From assembly GCA_002811645.1 (NCBI GenBank), contig PDIP01000031.1:77821-141820 (forward strand): a stretch of 64,000 nt of DNA, given 5' to 3'. The translations under genes and the position numbers were made by a program. This document shows, piece after piece, positions 8,166 through 17,620 of the stretch. The DNA is from Corallochytrium limacisporum Hawaii (Eukaryota; Protista; Pluriformea). How positions within the stretch are numbered: position 1 is the first letter of the stretch; every line of letters begins with the position of its first letter. Under the pieces are notes generated by a model, which saw nothing but the letters and a program-made list of their open reading frames with translations, had not been told where the DNA came from and ran no database searches.

Positions 8166-11030
8166 TTATTGCAGCTTCTGGTTCAGATTGATCTTGTCGC
8201 CTAGGCTGAGGGCAATTCCCTGTGTCTTAGCGCGGATGCGGACAAAGCCAACAACCTTGCCGTCAGGGCCACGCTCAATGCTTAGGTTGGCGAGCGCGTC
8301 CTCACCGAACGCGCTCTTGGCGTACAGATTGGCAGCCAGAAACTCGCATTCTTCGTCATCACCGGCCTGATCCGGTGTCAGGGAGGCCATGTTGGTGACC
8401 TTCAGCAGGTGGTCACGGTATTGGCGGAGATCGGTAATGTTGGTATTCACAGCGACCTTGTTCTCCCACTCAAACTCAGCCCACATGGAGCGGAATTTCT
8501 CGTCGGTGCATTCAGCACCGTGAATGTAGTCGCAGACATCGATATGTATGTCATTGAGGACCACGACATTGCGATCGGAAGTGCTACCTGTAACATCGTA
8601 CACAATGTTGCCGAAGATGATACCAGTGTCCGTTGAGGACACCTTGATGTTGGACTTGATGGTGATGAAATCGTATGGTCCAACCGTGTACACGCTGGGC
8701 TTTTCGACAAGCTTCATGTCCCCTAGAGTAGCCAGTTCAAGACTCAGGTTCTGCAAGGTATCCTGGGTCTGGTTGACAAGCAACACGTCAAGGGCAATGT
8801 CGTACTCGTTGACATTCACATATGCCTCAGCGTAGACAGGGTCACTGAAACCTGTAAGCTGGTGCACCTTGTTCAGGCGGCTGGTGTCTACGTCTGCGTT
8901 CTTAGCAGATCCTACAGCAGCACTTAGTGAGAGCTCAAAAATGTCAGCTTCCTCCCCACCGGCATCCTTTAGCTTCAGCTGAGGGAAGCGTACACCTTCA
9001 TCAATTCCAACCTCTTTGATCTCTTGAACATCGTTGATATGCGCACCAATGCCAGTCTTATCGAGATACTCCCGAAAGACATTGCGGGTTTGATGAGTCA
9101 GGACATCTGTGGTCCGAGCGTCGGGCTTTGCAAGAGCCTTGATGCACGCAATTATGCGATCCTTCGAATCGTTATCAATGGGATGGCTGGGAAATCCGCT
9201 ACTGCCGAGGTGCAAGATGCTGCTCATGATAAGCATGCAGTGGGCCGCAAAGCGATTGGCCTCAATCTGATCTCCAACAGATTGAGCATAGCGCATAGCC
9301 AGCTTGGTAAGAGTACTACTCACCACGGCAGCTGTGAAAAAGTCACCATGCAAGAAGCATGTTCGCAGTCCTTTCACGTCTGATTCTTCGGCAGCGGCCA
9401 TATACTTAGGCACAGCAATAGTTTCGGTGACATAAACACCTTCCTCTGTAACACGGGTGATGGTCTTGTACTGTGCTGAGTCCTTACCAGGGGCATCGGG
9501 CTGAGTCTCATCGATCTGCTCAGCACTCTTTAGCAAAGTGTCCACGATGGGCAACTCACCAATTGCTGCCGTAACAGCATCATGCACTGCTTTGATTTCT
9601 TCCACGCCGGTGGCGTACTCGCCCAGGACCCAGAGAGCCATCCTGAATACTGGACCGTCGCGAATCATATCGAATCCGCTCAAAAGTTTTTCTAAAATTG
9701 GTTTTCGGAACGCCTCGAAACGCTCAACAGCCTCCTTGACAAATTGAATGACATCCTCGGAGGCAGAGGAACCGGAATCTGCCAGGAAGTCCATAAGGAG
9801 GGGCACAATATGAGCGGTAATTTTCGGGAACTGGACACCGCAGCGGTGTAGAGCACGAATCAACAAATGACGGTACTCCGATGCCATTTCGTACTCTTCC
9901 GTGTTTGTTGTGCTCATCATTTCCTTCCGCAGGACCTTCACTGCACTTTCTACATTCTTAGGAGTCAGCAGGTCCAGAGCGATATTGAGAACCTTCTCAC
10001 GCACCTGCAAAGACGGGGCTGACAGGATTTTCATCAGATCCATAACTAGCTCCTGAACAATAGTGGGATGGTCTGCTTTGAACTCAGCAAGCTTATCCAT
10101 GACAATCAGCTTAACGTTGTTGTCACTCTCCTTCATGACAAGGTCAATGCAGCAGGTGGCCGCTGCCTTGATGGCAGTGGGAGCAGAGCTCAGAGTTGCC
10201 AGGGTTGTGGCTGCCTGGTACCGCACAGCTCCCGACGGCGCATCCAACAAATCATACACGCAGCGAATGAAACGAGCCCTCTGCGTTGGATCCTGGCGAC
10301 AAACCTTGTAAATGAGCTCCACCATGATCAGCTGCAAGATGTCCCCAAACTGAGGGACCTGGTCCAATACGCTGAACATGTACTCTACAGCACGGTCCTG
10401 ATCAGCGTACACCAGCATCATGAAAGCATTGCGCTTAGAAGGTAAATCATTCTCCTGTTGCAGGAATTCGTAGATCAAATCAGGTGCGTCCGGGATGAGA
10501 AAGTCAAAACTCTGGTAGATGGTGAAAATGGCCAACACAGCATTACGGCGCACGTAGGCAGTGCGATGTTCCAGACATGCACGAATGGCTGGCATAAGAG
10601 GCTCCAAAAGTTCACTCTCCTTCAGTTTGCAGAGGAAGCGAAGTGTACTGCCCCGAATGAACTCGTTGGGATGTTGCAAGTCTTTCCGGTACGCGTCACA
10701 GACGAGAATCATTTCCTGCTTAAGCTTCCCGTCTGAATTGTACTTGGGCACGATTTCCCAGAAGATAAGCAACAGCTTCTTAATTGTATGATCCTTGCTT
10801 GGCAGAACGTAGCGGATAACCAGCATAAGCATATTGGGGCTGAAATGTTCTCCATTTAGCATCATCGTGATTGCCATGTTTAGCATGTAAATCTTTTCTC
10901 GGTCATTCCCTTTTTCAAAAACTTTTTTGATATCTGCTTCGGAAGGAAAACCTTCCTCAGTTAGAGGATAGATTAAGGTGTAGCATGGGGGCTCTGACAG
11001 CCCAGTGGCCGCTCCACCAGCGCCCGGCAT
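8166..11030 (-). CDS. COPB1: Coatomer subunit beta (beta-COP)
   Basis: EMILVCDAYRKDLQHPNEFIRGSTLRFLCKLKE, QLTGFSDPVYAEAYV, FRSMWAEFEWENKV, VRIRAKTQGIALSLGDKI. The 954-aa length is typical. Confidence 0.98.
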   Translation of the reverse strand: MPGAGGAATGLSEPPCYTLIYPLTEEGFPSEADIKKVFEKGNDREKIYMLNMAITMMLNGEHFSPNMLMLVIRYVLPSKDHTIKKLLLIFWEIVPKYNSDGKLKQEMILVCDAYRKDLQHPNEFIRGSTLRFLCKLKESELLEPLMPAIRACLEHRTAYVRRNAVLAIFTIYQSFDFLIPDAPDLIYEFLQQENDLPSKRNAFMMLVYADQDRAVEYMFSVLDQVPQFGDILQLIMVELIYKVCRQDPTQRARFIRCVYDLLDAPSGAVRYQAATTLATLSSAPTAIKAAATCCIDLVMKESDNNVKLIVMDKLAEFKADHPTIVQELVMDLMKILSAPSLQVREKVLNIALDLLTPKNVESAVKVLRKEMMSTTNTEEYEMASEYRHLLIRALHRCGVQFPKITAHIVPLLMDFLADSGSSASEDVIQFVKEAVERFEAFRKPILEKLLSGFDMIRDGPVFRMALWVLGEYATGVEEIKAVHDAVTAAIGELPIVDTLLKSAEQIDETQPDAPGKDSAQYKTITRVTEEGVYVTETIAVPKYMAAAEESDVKGLRTCFLHGDFFTAAVVSSTLTKLAMRYAQSVGDQIEANRFAAHCMLIMSSILHLGSSGFPSHPIDNDSKDRIIACIKALAKPDARTTDVLTHQTRNVFREYLDKTGIGAHINDVQEIKEVGIDEGVRFPQLKLKDAGGEEADIFELSLSAAVGSAKNADVDTSRLNKVHQLTGFSDPVYAEAYVNVNEYDIALDVLLVNQTQDTLQNLSLELATLGDMKLVEKPSVYTVGPYDFITIKSNIKVSSTDTGIIFGNIVYDVTGSTSDRNVVVLNDIHIDVCDYIHGAECTDEKFRSMWAEFEWENKVAVNTNITDLRQYRDHLLKVTNMASLTPDQAGDDEECEFLAANLYAKSAFGEDALANLSIERGPDGKVVGFVRIRAKTQGIALSLGDKINLNQKLQ

Positions 11031-11844
11031 TGTGATTCGTTGAGTTTATCGTTGCAATCCCGATCACAGCAACCGTTCTGAGCATGAAGGAGTGCATTCC
11101 ATCGGATTCTGGCGGTTTGCGTAGTTTAAATAACCTTGGGGACATATCCAGATATTCTTTGCTTCAATCGTTTTCAATCGACTGCCCTCGGACCCGGAAC
11201 AACGACCATAAATGTTGACAATCGATACGACAGCGGCCGATTGCGCCGCCACCTGCGCGGTTTGCGCCACACGACATCTTCATCTCTGTCCCTGTCGTCG
11301 GACCTCCAGTGTTTTCCCGGTACATTTCCTACGACTCAGAACACACACTGAAGCCCCCGCGCCTTTCGTATTCGGACTCTGCCTCGCAGTCCCCTACTTT
11401 CGCGACTAACCCCGCACCGAAGCAACCAAAGGGAAAACAAAAACAAAAAACACACAAGTCCCTGGTCTGGCCCCCCGCTGGTCCCTTGTAACCCGGTGAA
11501 CTGCTGCCCCCTCCTGTACACCCGTCTAACCTTTGCTTGTGTGGCTGTTTTTGTGACCGGTAGAAAGGGCCGATTGGGAAAGCCAGCGAGGAGTCAAGGA
11601 GGCGGGTGTGTACATTTCTATAGCAAGTGTTGGTGCATTTTGAACACAGCTTGAGGGCTTCCCAGAAATTGAACCCCTAACTTTATTTAATGATATTCTA
11701 AGTCTTTCTTGATCGTTGGCCGGGCTCTGGGGGGTCGCCGGGAACTGGTACTATGAACTTTGGTTTAATGCTTGGTCATTTAGAGTTATTGGTAGGACTA
11801 TTCGAAACAAAGCAATGGGTTGGAACAAGTGATTATCGCACACT

Positions 11845-13197
11845 TTAGTTCTTCCCGTTCATTTGGATGGGAGTGTGCAAGAATTTCTTGGTGGCATCAG
11901 CGCCCGAGTACTCGCCGGCGGTCTGGCCGTGGCCGTACAGCTTGTACTTGTAGATTATCAGTCCCTCCAGTCCCACTGGACCACGGGCATGTGTCTTGTT
12001 GGTGCCTACACCAATCTCAGCACCGAAACCATAGCGGAAACCGTCAGCGAAGCGAGTGGAGGCGTTGTGGTAGACACCAGCGGAGTCAACAGCATGCATG
12101 AACTTCTCTGCATTGGCCTTGTTCTCGGTCACAATCAGGTCCGTATGGTGACTTCCAGTTGCATTGATGTAGTCGATGGCTTCATCCAAGTCATCCACAA
12201 CCTTAGCACCCAAAGTAAACTCAAGAAATTCGGTCATAAAGTCCTCTTCGGTGGCATCCTTGACCTTCTCAGCGGCACCCTCGATGCTCATAATGGCCTC
12301 CTTGGTGTCCTTGTCAGCGCGGATCTCGACGCCAGCCTTGATCAAAGCCTCAGCGACCACAGGCCAGACGTCATTAAGTTTAGATCGGTGCACCAAAACG
12401 CGTTCCAGAGCGTTGCAGGCTGCGCAGTACTGGGTCTTGGAGTCGACCAGGACCTTGGCCGCCGTCTCTGATACTGCAGACTCGTCAATGTAAGCACCAC
12501 AAATACCGTCGGCGTGACCCAGAACGGGCATGCGAGCTTTAGATTGTACGTGCTTGATAAGTGATTTGCCGCCGCGGGGAATGACGAGATCGATATACTC
12601 GTCCATCTCTAACAGAGCACCGATTTCGTCCCGAGTTGTGACCAGCTGCACGCACTCTTTCGGGATCTCTGGGACCTTGGAGAAAGCGGATTGCACAATA
12701 TCGACCAGCACAGCGTTGGAGTGAGCCGCTTCCTTGCCTCCCTTCAAAATGACAGCATTGCCCGATTTCATGGTGAGGCTGGAGATCTGAATGTTGACTT
12801 CAGGTCGGGCCTCAAAGATAATGCAAATGACACCCACGGGGCAGGTGACCCGGTACAAGTCCAGACCCTCGTCCAAGTGTGTGGCCAGGGTTACCTTGCC
12901 ACAGGGATCGTCCAGCTTTTTGACATCACCGACACCTTCAAGCAGAGCTTTGAACTTAGAACCACCCGGACCCTCGATGTCGAGGCGCTTGAACAGAGAG
13001 GCGGAAATGGCCCCTTCCTTCACAGCTGTCTCAGCGGCCTCCTTGTCCTTCTTGTTGGCCTCAATGATCTCGTCCTTGCGAGCTTCCAGTTCTTCACGCA
13101 GATAGTCCAGAGCTAAATTTTTCTTCTCAATGGGTACTGCCGCCAGTTTCTGGGCCGCCAGGCGGGCGTTACGTGCCAAAGTCTGGATATCGCTCAT
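11845..13197 (-). CDS. PRO2: Stand-alone gamma-glutamyl phosphate reductase (PRO2/proA)
   Basis: PVGVICIIFEARP, ILKGGKEA, IDLVIPRGG, PVLGHADGIC, catalytic ACNALE, NASTRFADGFRYGFGAEIG, HARGPVGLEGL. The first in-frame ATG is 13197 (the ORF track uses an upstream TTG). Confidence 0.96.
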   Translation of the reverse strand: MSDIQTLARNARLAAQKLAAVPIEKKNLALDYLREELEARKDEIIEANKKDKEAAETAVKEGAISASLFKRLDIEGPGGSKFKALLEGVGDVKKLDDPCGKVTLATHLDEGLDLYRVTCPVGVICIIFEARPEVNIQISSLTMKSGNAVILKGGKEAAHSNAVLVDIVQSAFSKVPEIPKECVQLVTTRDEIGALLEMDEYIDLVIPRGGKSLIKHVQSKARMPVLGHADGICGAYIDESAVSETAAKVLVDSKTQYCAACNALERVLVHRSKLNDVWPVVAEALIKAGVEIRADKDTKEAIMSIEGAAEKVKDATEEDFMTEFLEFTLGAKVVDDLDEAIDYINATGSHHTDLIVTENKANAEKFMHAVDSAGVYHNASTRFADGFRYGFGAEIGVGTNKTHARGPVGLEGLIIYKYKLYGHGQTAGEYSGADATKKFLHTPIQMNGKN

Positions 13198-13780
13198 GCT
13201 TGCATCTATTAGTGTACACAATTACTCATTTATCCTATACTACATAAGGCAATGGAATTTCTGTGCGCTAGGGCCCTGCAGGGTTCTACGTACCTTGAAC
13301 AGATCATTGCAAATGCAGCAGAATAATATAAACTATGGCAGTCGCACTCGCCTCGTACTTCGGGAGGCTCATGTGCTTAGATGGGGTACGCACCTACCCA
13401 TCCACTCATCATCCGCCAATGGCTGGTCCCATCGGAACAACTACACGCCTCAACCCCCGTGTCTTCAACTCCGTGACGAAGCCACACCTCTCTCTGTTCT
13501 CCATCCAGTGATTTCAGTTGTTTTTGCATGTAAAGCGGTGAGGTCGACGGTGCATATTGGCTCTGGTGCAGACGAGGGTATTTCTTGTTCGTTTGTAGAA
13601 GGGGGTGCCTGCGGTTCGTTCCGCCTCACAAGGAAAACTCCATGCGACAATGGCCCCAGTTCGGGGTAGCCAGTTTCGAACATATTCAACGCATCAGTAT
13701 ATACAATTTTAAATATTAAACTCGTATATGGGGTGGTATTAAACAAATCGGTATATAAATAAGTTCGTTGATGAAGATCA

Positions 13781-13818
13781 GAGTTCGTTTCCTTCCTGAG
13801 AGTTCGTTTCCTTCCTGA
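13781..13818. repeat. Perfect 19-bp tandem duplication GAGTTCGTTTCCTTCCTGA x2
   Basis: 13781-13799 and 13800-13818 are identical. Confidence 0.95.
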
Positions 13819-13983
13819 ACCCCCCCCAGGGTGCCTTTGCGCGGTAGGGCCGCCCGTACGGGAAGCGTTGGGGCTACTTGGCATACAGGTCGCTTCTGTG
13901 GTCGGTGTGTGCCATAGGAATATCTTGATTCCTTAACGCTGGTAATGGTTGGATTTTGCGTCTGCTGATTTGGTGACGTTTAT

Positions 13984-16335
13984 TCAATGCGGGTGAAAAC
14001 AGTTAGCACAGCGGTTCTTGAAAGGGTCCTTGTTGTAGTCCTCGCAACCGCAGTCTCTACAGGGGGGTGTAGCAGGTTGCTGATGTTGCGTGTGGTCCTC
14101 AGCATGGTGACGCGGTGGTCGACTGTGTGTATTGCGATGCGGACGAGGTGCAACATCGTTCGGAGTGATACCTGGCATCACCTGGACTCCAATTTTGTTT
14201 GAGCCCATGCGATTGAGGGTTGAATTCCCGTCGTAGGACTGGGATAAGGGTACCCCTCCATTGTCGTAGCTCTGTTCGTATCCTGGTTGTTGTTGCTGCT
14301 GATAATAGCCCTGATCATAGCTCTGTTGCTGATAGCCTTGGTCGTTTCCTTGTTGTTGTGGCTGCTGTGAGTACTGATCCTGTTGGTAATATTCCGTGGG
14401 GGTGGTGCGCTGCGGACTCCGTGCCAGGGGTCGAGGGGCCACAGGTGGCGGTGCAGCAGCTTTGGTGCGTTTCGGTACGGCATACGGTTGCTGGACTGCC
14501 GACGGACTGTCGAGCGAACTTCGAGGACTGTACGCATCAATGGGCTGGGTAGGATCCATGGGCGCTGGTACGGTTGTGGGGACCTTTGGCGGCACAGGTG
14601 GTCCCGCACGACTGTCTGTGCGCCGGTGGCCAGGTGCTTTGGGGGCTGGCGGCGGTGGCGCCTTCACTTTCTTTACGCTTCCCGGTCTACTTCCGCCGGG
14701 TTCTGCGCTTGCTTGACGTGAATGGCCCCTTGAGCACGAAGTCGTCGACATCTGTCCCACATATGTGTCTGACTCGCTCGTACTCCGCATCTGCCGCGCC
14801 TGTGACTGTGTGGGTGGGAAGCTGTGTGTGCTGGCATGACTGTCTGCACGGCTATGACCTGAGCCAACTCTTGGGAGCATACCTGCGTTTGGATCAGGAA
14901 GTTGCTGGTCATTCTGCTTTGGTACAATGGATGTCTTCAGATCAGGCGATGGGACCCTGTGCGCCACTGCACCCTCATGGCTATAAATGTCTGTCATCAC
15001 ATTCTCAGGGAAGAACCAGTCAGCATAGGTCACTAGTGTGGTCATGATCTTGTTGCACGTACCAGAGTCACGAAGAGCCCGCTGATCGTCCGGAGAACGC
15101 AGTAAGGTTGGCCCAAAAACAATACCCATGTTACTCGCTTGCATCTTGTTTTGCTCAGAGTGGGCCACCACTCTCTGGAGGAAAGTGCACATGACGGCCA
15201 GAGTATCCCTGTGTTCTAAGGGCATGCCATCCACACATTGGCTCAGTGCGACAAGCTGCTGATCATGGTCTTCCACCTTACCTGCCTGAATGAACTGCTC
15301 ATAGCTAGAGAAAGGAACGCAAGGATCGGGTAGTTCTCTGAAGTACAGCTTCAGGGCACCAGCAATGGCGTGAATGTCACCACTGAATTCTTCGCTTTGT
15401 AGGTTGGGCGGCGTTGCACCCTCACGGTCAAACAAAGCCTTAATCTTCTTGATTGCTGTGGCACTTCCTGACAACCTAAAGATGCCTTCCTCTTGCAGGG
15501 CGTTGGCCTCAATAGCACCTGTGCAGTGTTCTACAATTACTGGATAGCGTCGACCGGAGGCTGCCAAGTGTTGCTTCAACGGTTGTCCGAAGACCCTGGC
15601 CCTACTCAAATCCTTGTTTGCCTGCTTAAGAGAATTGATGTTAACTTCCAGTAGTTGACTACACTTCCTGTGGTAATCTAGTTGGGCTTCCAGGAGGTGG
15701 TAGAACTTTGCAACGTGCTCATCTTGATTGGTCAAGAACTCGAATAGTTTAGTTTGTAGGTCGTCCTTGATTGCCTCAAACTTGTATTTCTCGTCCTCAA
15801 AGACTGCCAGTGCCTGGTCTTGTTTGACATTGTCTGTCTGTGTTGCCCAGCGCTGTTTTGCTGCATCGGCCGTCAAGCGCTGATTTCCGAGTTTCTTACG
15901 CAAGGAAATTATATGCTTCAATTGATCATCAATAATGTGATGCATTGGGTCAATAAAGCCAGAGTGAATGTCATCAGACAGATGAGCCTGCTCCTCTGCC
16001 AACCCACTCTCCATAGTTCTCACTGATTTCACCGTATTTCCAAGTAATGCTCGTTCACCGCCAAGTCCACTCACTGCATCATCCAACGGACCCAACATCT
16101 TGTGGGCAGGAAGCTTCTTCACTGCCCTCGCCAAGCCATTCTCCTCATCCTTAATACGCACAGGAGCCAAGACATCACCTGTCTTGGATGCAATAGCCTT
16201 GTAATACTTCGCTGTTGACTGTACAAGATTGAACAGTTCCTCAGTGTCCTGGTCGAGTTCTTCTGTCTTTTCAAATGCCGTCTTACCGGTCTTCTCCAGA
16301 TACCTCTGCTGGAGATTCCCAAGAAACTTCGACAT
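13984..16335 (-). CDS. BAR-RhoGAP (RICH1/ARHGAP17/SH3BP1-like) with Pro-rich and Gln/Tyr-rich tail and C-terminal Cys/His finger
   Basis: N-terminal helical BAR region, then VFGQPL, EEGIFRLSG (arginine finger), AGALKLYFRELP, NKMQASNMGIVFGPTLL, and PPVPPK/PPVAPRP SH3-ligand motifs. Confidence 0.9.
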   Translation of the reverse strand: MSKFLGNLQQRYLEKTGKTAFEKTEELDQDTEELFNLVQSTAKYYKAIASKTGDVLAPVRIKDEENGLARAVKKLPAHKMLGPLDDAVSGLGGERALLGNTVKSVRTMESGLAEEQAHLSDDIHSGFIDPMHHIIDDQLKHIISLRKKLGNQRLTADAAKQRWATQTDNVKQDQALAVFEDEKYKFEAIKDDLQTKLFEFLTNQDEHVAKFYHLLEAQLDYHRKCSQLLEVNINSLKQANKDLSRARVFGQPLKQHLAASGRRYPVIVEHCTGAIEANALQEEGIFRLSGSATAIKKIKALFDREGATPPNLQSEEFSGDIHAIAGALKLYFRELPDPCVPFSSYEQFIQAGKVEDHDQQLVALSQCVDGMPLEHRDTLAVMCTFLQRVVAHSEQNKMQASNMGIVFGPTLLRSPDDQRALRDSGTCNKIMTTLVTYADWFFPENVMTDIYSHEGAVAHRVPSPDLKTSIVPKQNDQQLPDPNAGMLPRVGSGHSRADSHASTHSFPPTQSQARQMRSTSESDTYVGQMSTTSCSRGHSRQASAEPGGSRPGSVKKVKAPPPPAPKAPGHRRTDSRAGPPVPPKVPTTVPAPMDPTQPIDAYSPRSSLDSPSAVQQPYAVPKRTKAAAPPPVAPRPLARSPQRTTPTEYYQQDQYSQQPQQQGNDQGYQQQSYDQGYYQQQQQPGYEQSYDNGGVPLSQSYDGNSTLNRMGSNKIGVQVMPGITPNDVAPRPHRNTHSRPPRHHAEDHTQHQQPATPPCRDCGCEDYNKDPFKNRCANCFHPH

Positions 16336-16499
16336 AGTTTCAGTGGTGTCAAATACCTTCCTTCTATTTTTGATATAGAATTCTTACATCATGCTGTATT
16401 ATCGTGACATGATTGCCAAGGATTCAATCCCACCCTCAAAAAATTCCTCTCTGTGTATCATTCAGACCCGTACCCAGTCAAGCTCTGCTCCGATGCGCA

Positions 16500-16516
16500 C
16501 TCTCTCTCTCTCTCTC
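16500..16516. repeat. (CT)n microsatellite
   Basis: About 8 CT units upstream of the RhoGAP gene. Confidence 0.85.
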
Positions 16517-17620
16517 GTACCAGTACAAGACCACTGGCATTCATTTACCAGTCCATATCCTGAAGACACAGCTCTCAGCATGACACGCCCAACCTCACAC
16601 GTCTCCTGACAACACAAAAGTTTATTTATTTGGTCACCGTGACCATACCAGCGACGGGGAGGTAACTCAGGGAAAGTGTAAACAGAGCGCGCGGGATCCC
16701 TCTCAGACTTTTTTCCAATTTCTACGAAAAGCCACCGCGACGACCCGCCTTCAGTGTCCCCACAGCGTCACTACCGAAAACAAGCGAAATAAATTGGGTT
16801 ACCCCTGCCACCAACAATGGAAACGAGACCAAGTAACAAGGGGGGGGGGTCGGGGAAGGGACGAAGGGCAAAATTGGGAGCGGAAAGAAACCGCGGGACC
16901 GACCTTTAGAATCTAGGCTACGAGAGCGTTGATTGGTTTCTTTCTTTGTCTGCGAGGAACGAAGTTGATAATATTACAATGACTGGGAGAAGCTGTAGAG
17001 ACACATCAATTAAAGAGACGGAGCGAGGGAATGGGAAACTAGGGGAACAGAAAACGGAAGAAGACTTGACCCAGGGCAACAGCGGAAGAGGGAAACTGGG
17101 GCCTGGACCGGGGTGGAGCAGTTCCTGAGCAAGTGATGAATTCATTTTGGGTTCTCATTTATTTTTAGGTGCTGCGCACTATGACTATGCGTGACGCGAT
17201 CCATACCAAAAGTACCACAACCGACCCGCCCCGCTACATTTTCTACTGGCCCCCCTCCCCGGGCCTGCGGTGCGGTGGTGGGTGATTTCCCACCGACCGT
17301 CTCCGCGCCAAGAGTTTCAGAAATTGTCGGCAGAGATTCCAGAGCTTCCTCTTGTGCGCGGGCGGGGCTGGCTGGTGGTGCTGGCGGTCTCGCCATCGCG
17401 GTGCTCGGCGGTCGTCCGGGTCACACACTGATGGCACCTGATGACTTGTTTTGCGTTCAAGTCTGTGTCCGATGTAATTGATCAGGATTTGATATTTGAG
17501 GACAGGCTTAGACTCACTGAATTTTGGGCAACGTCATACCTAGAACAGTGCAGATGTTTTCAGAGAAATGATATACATATAATGTAGTAAACTATGTCAT
17601 GACCCAAGTCGTATTCATAA

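Noticed and set aside
11863-13116. Long antisense ORFs over PRO2 (similar ones over COPB1, Rpt4, UBR1, FANCM and the coiled-coil gene)
   Set aside because: Shadows of biased codon usage on the coding strand, with no independent motifs.
2177-13197. GGT and PRO2 as a gamma-glutamyl metabolic cluster
   Set aside because: They act in different pathways and are separated by two unrelated housekeeping genes.
13781-13818. 19-bp direct repeat as a CRISPR-like array
   Set aside because: Only two abutting copies, no spacer, no cas genes and a eukaryotic context.
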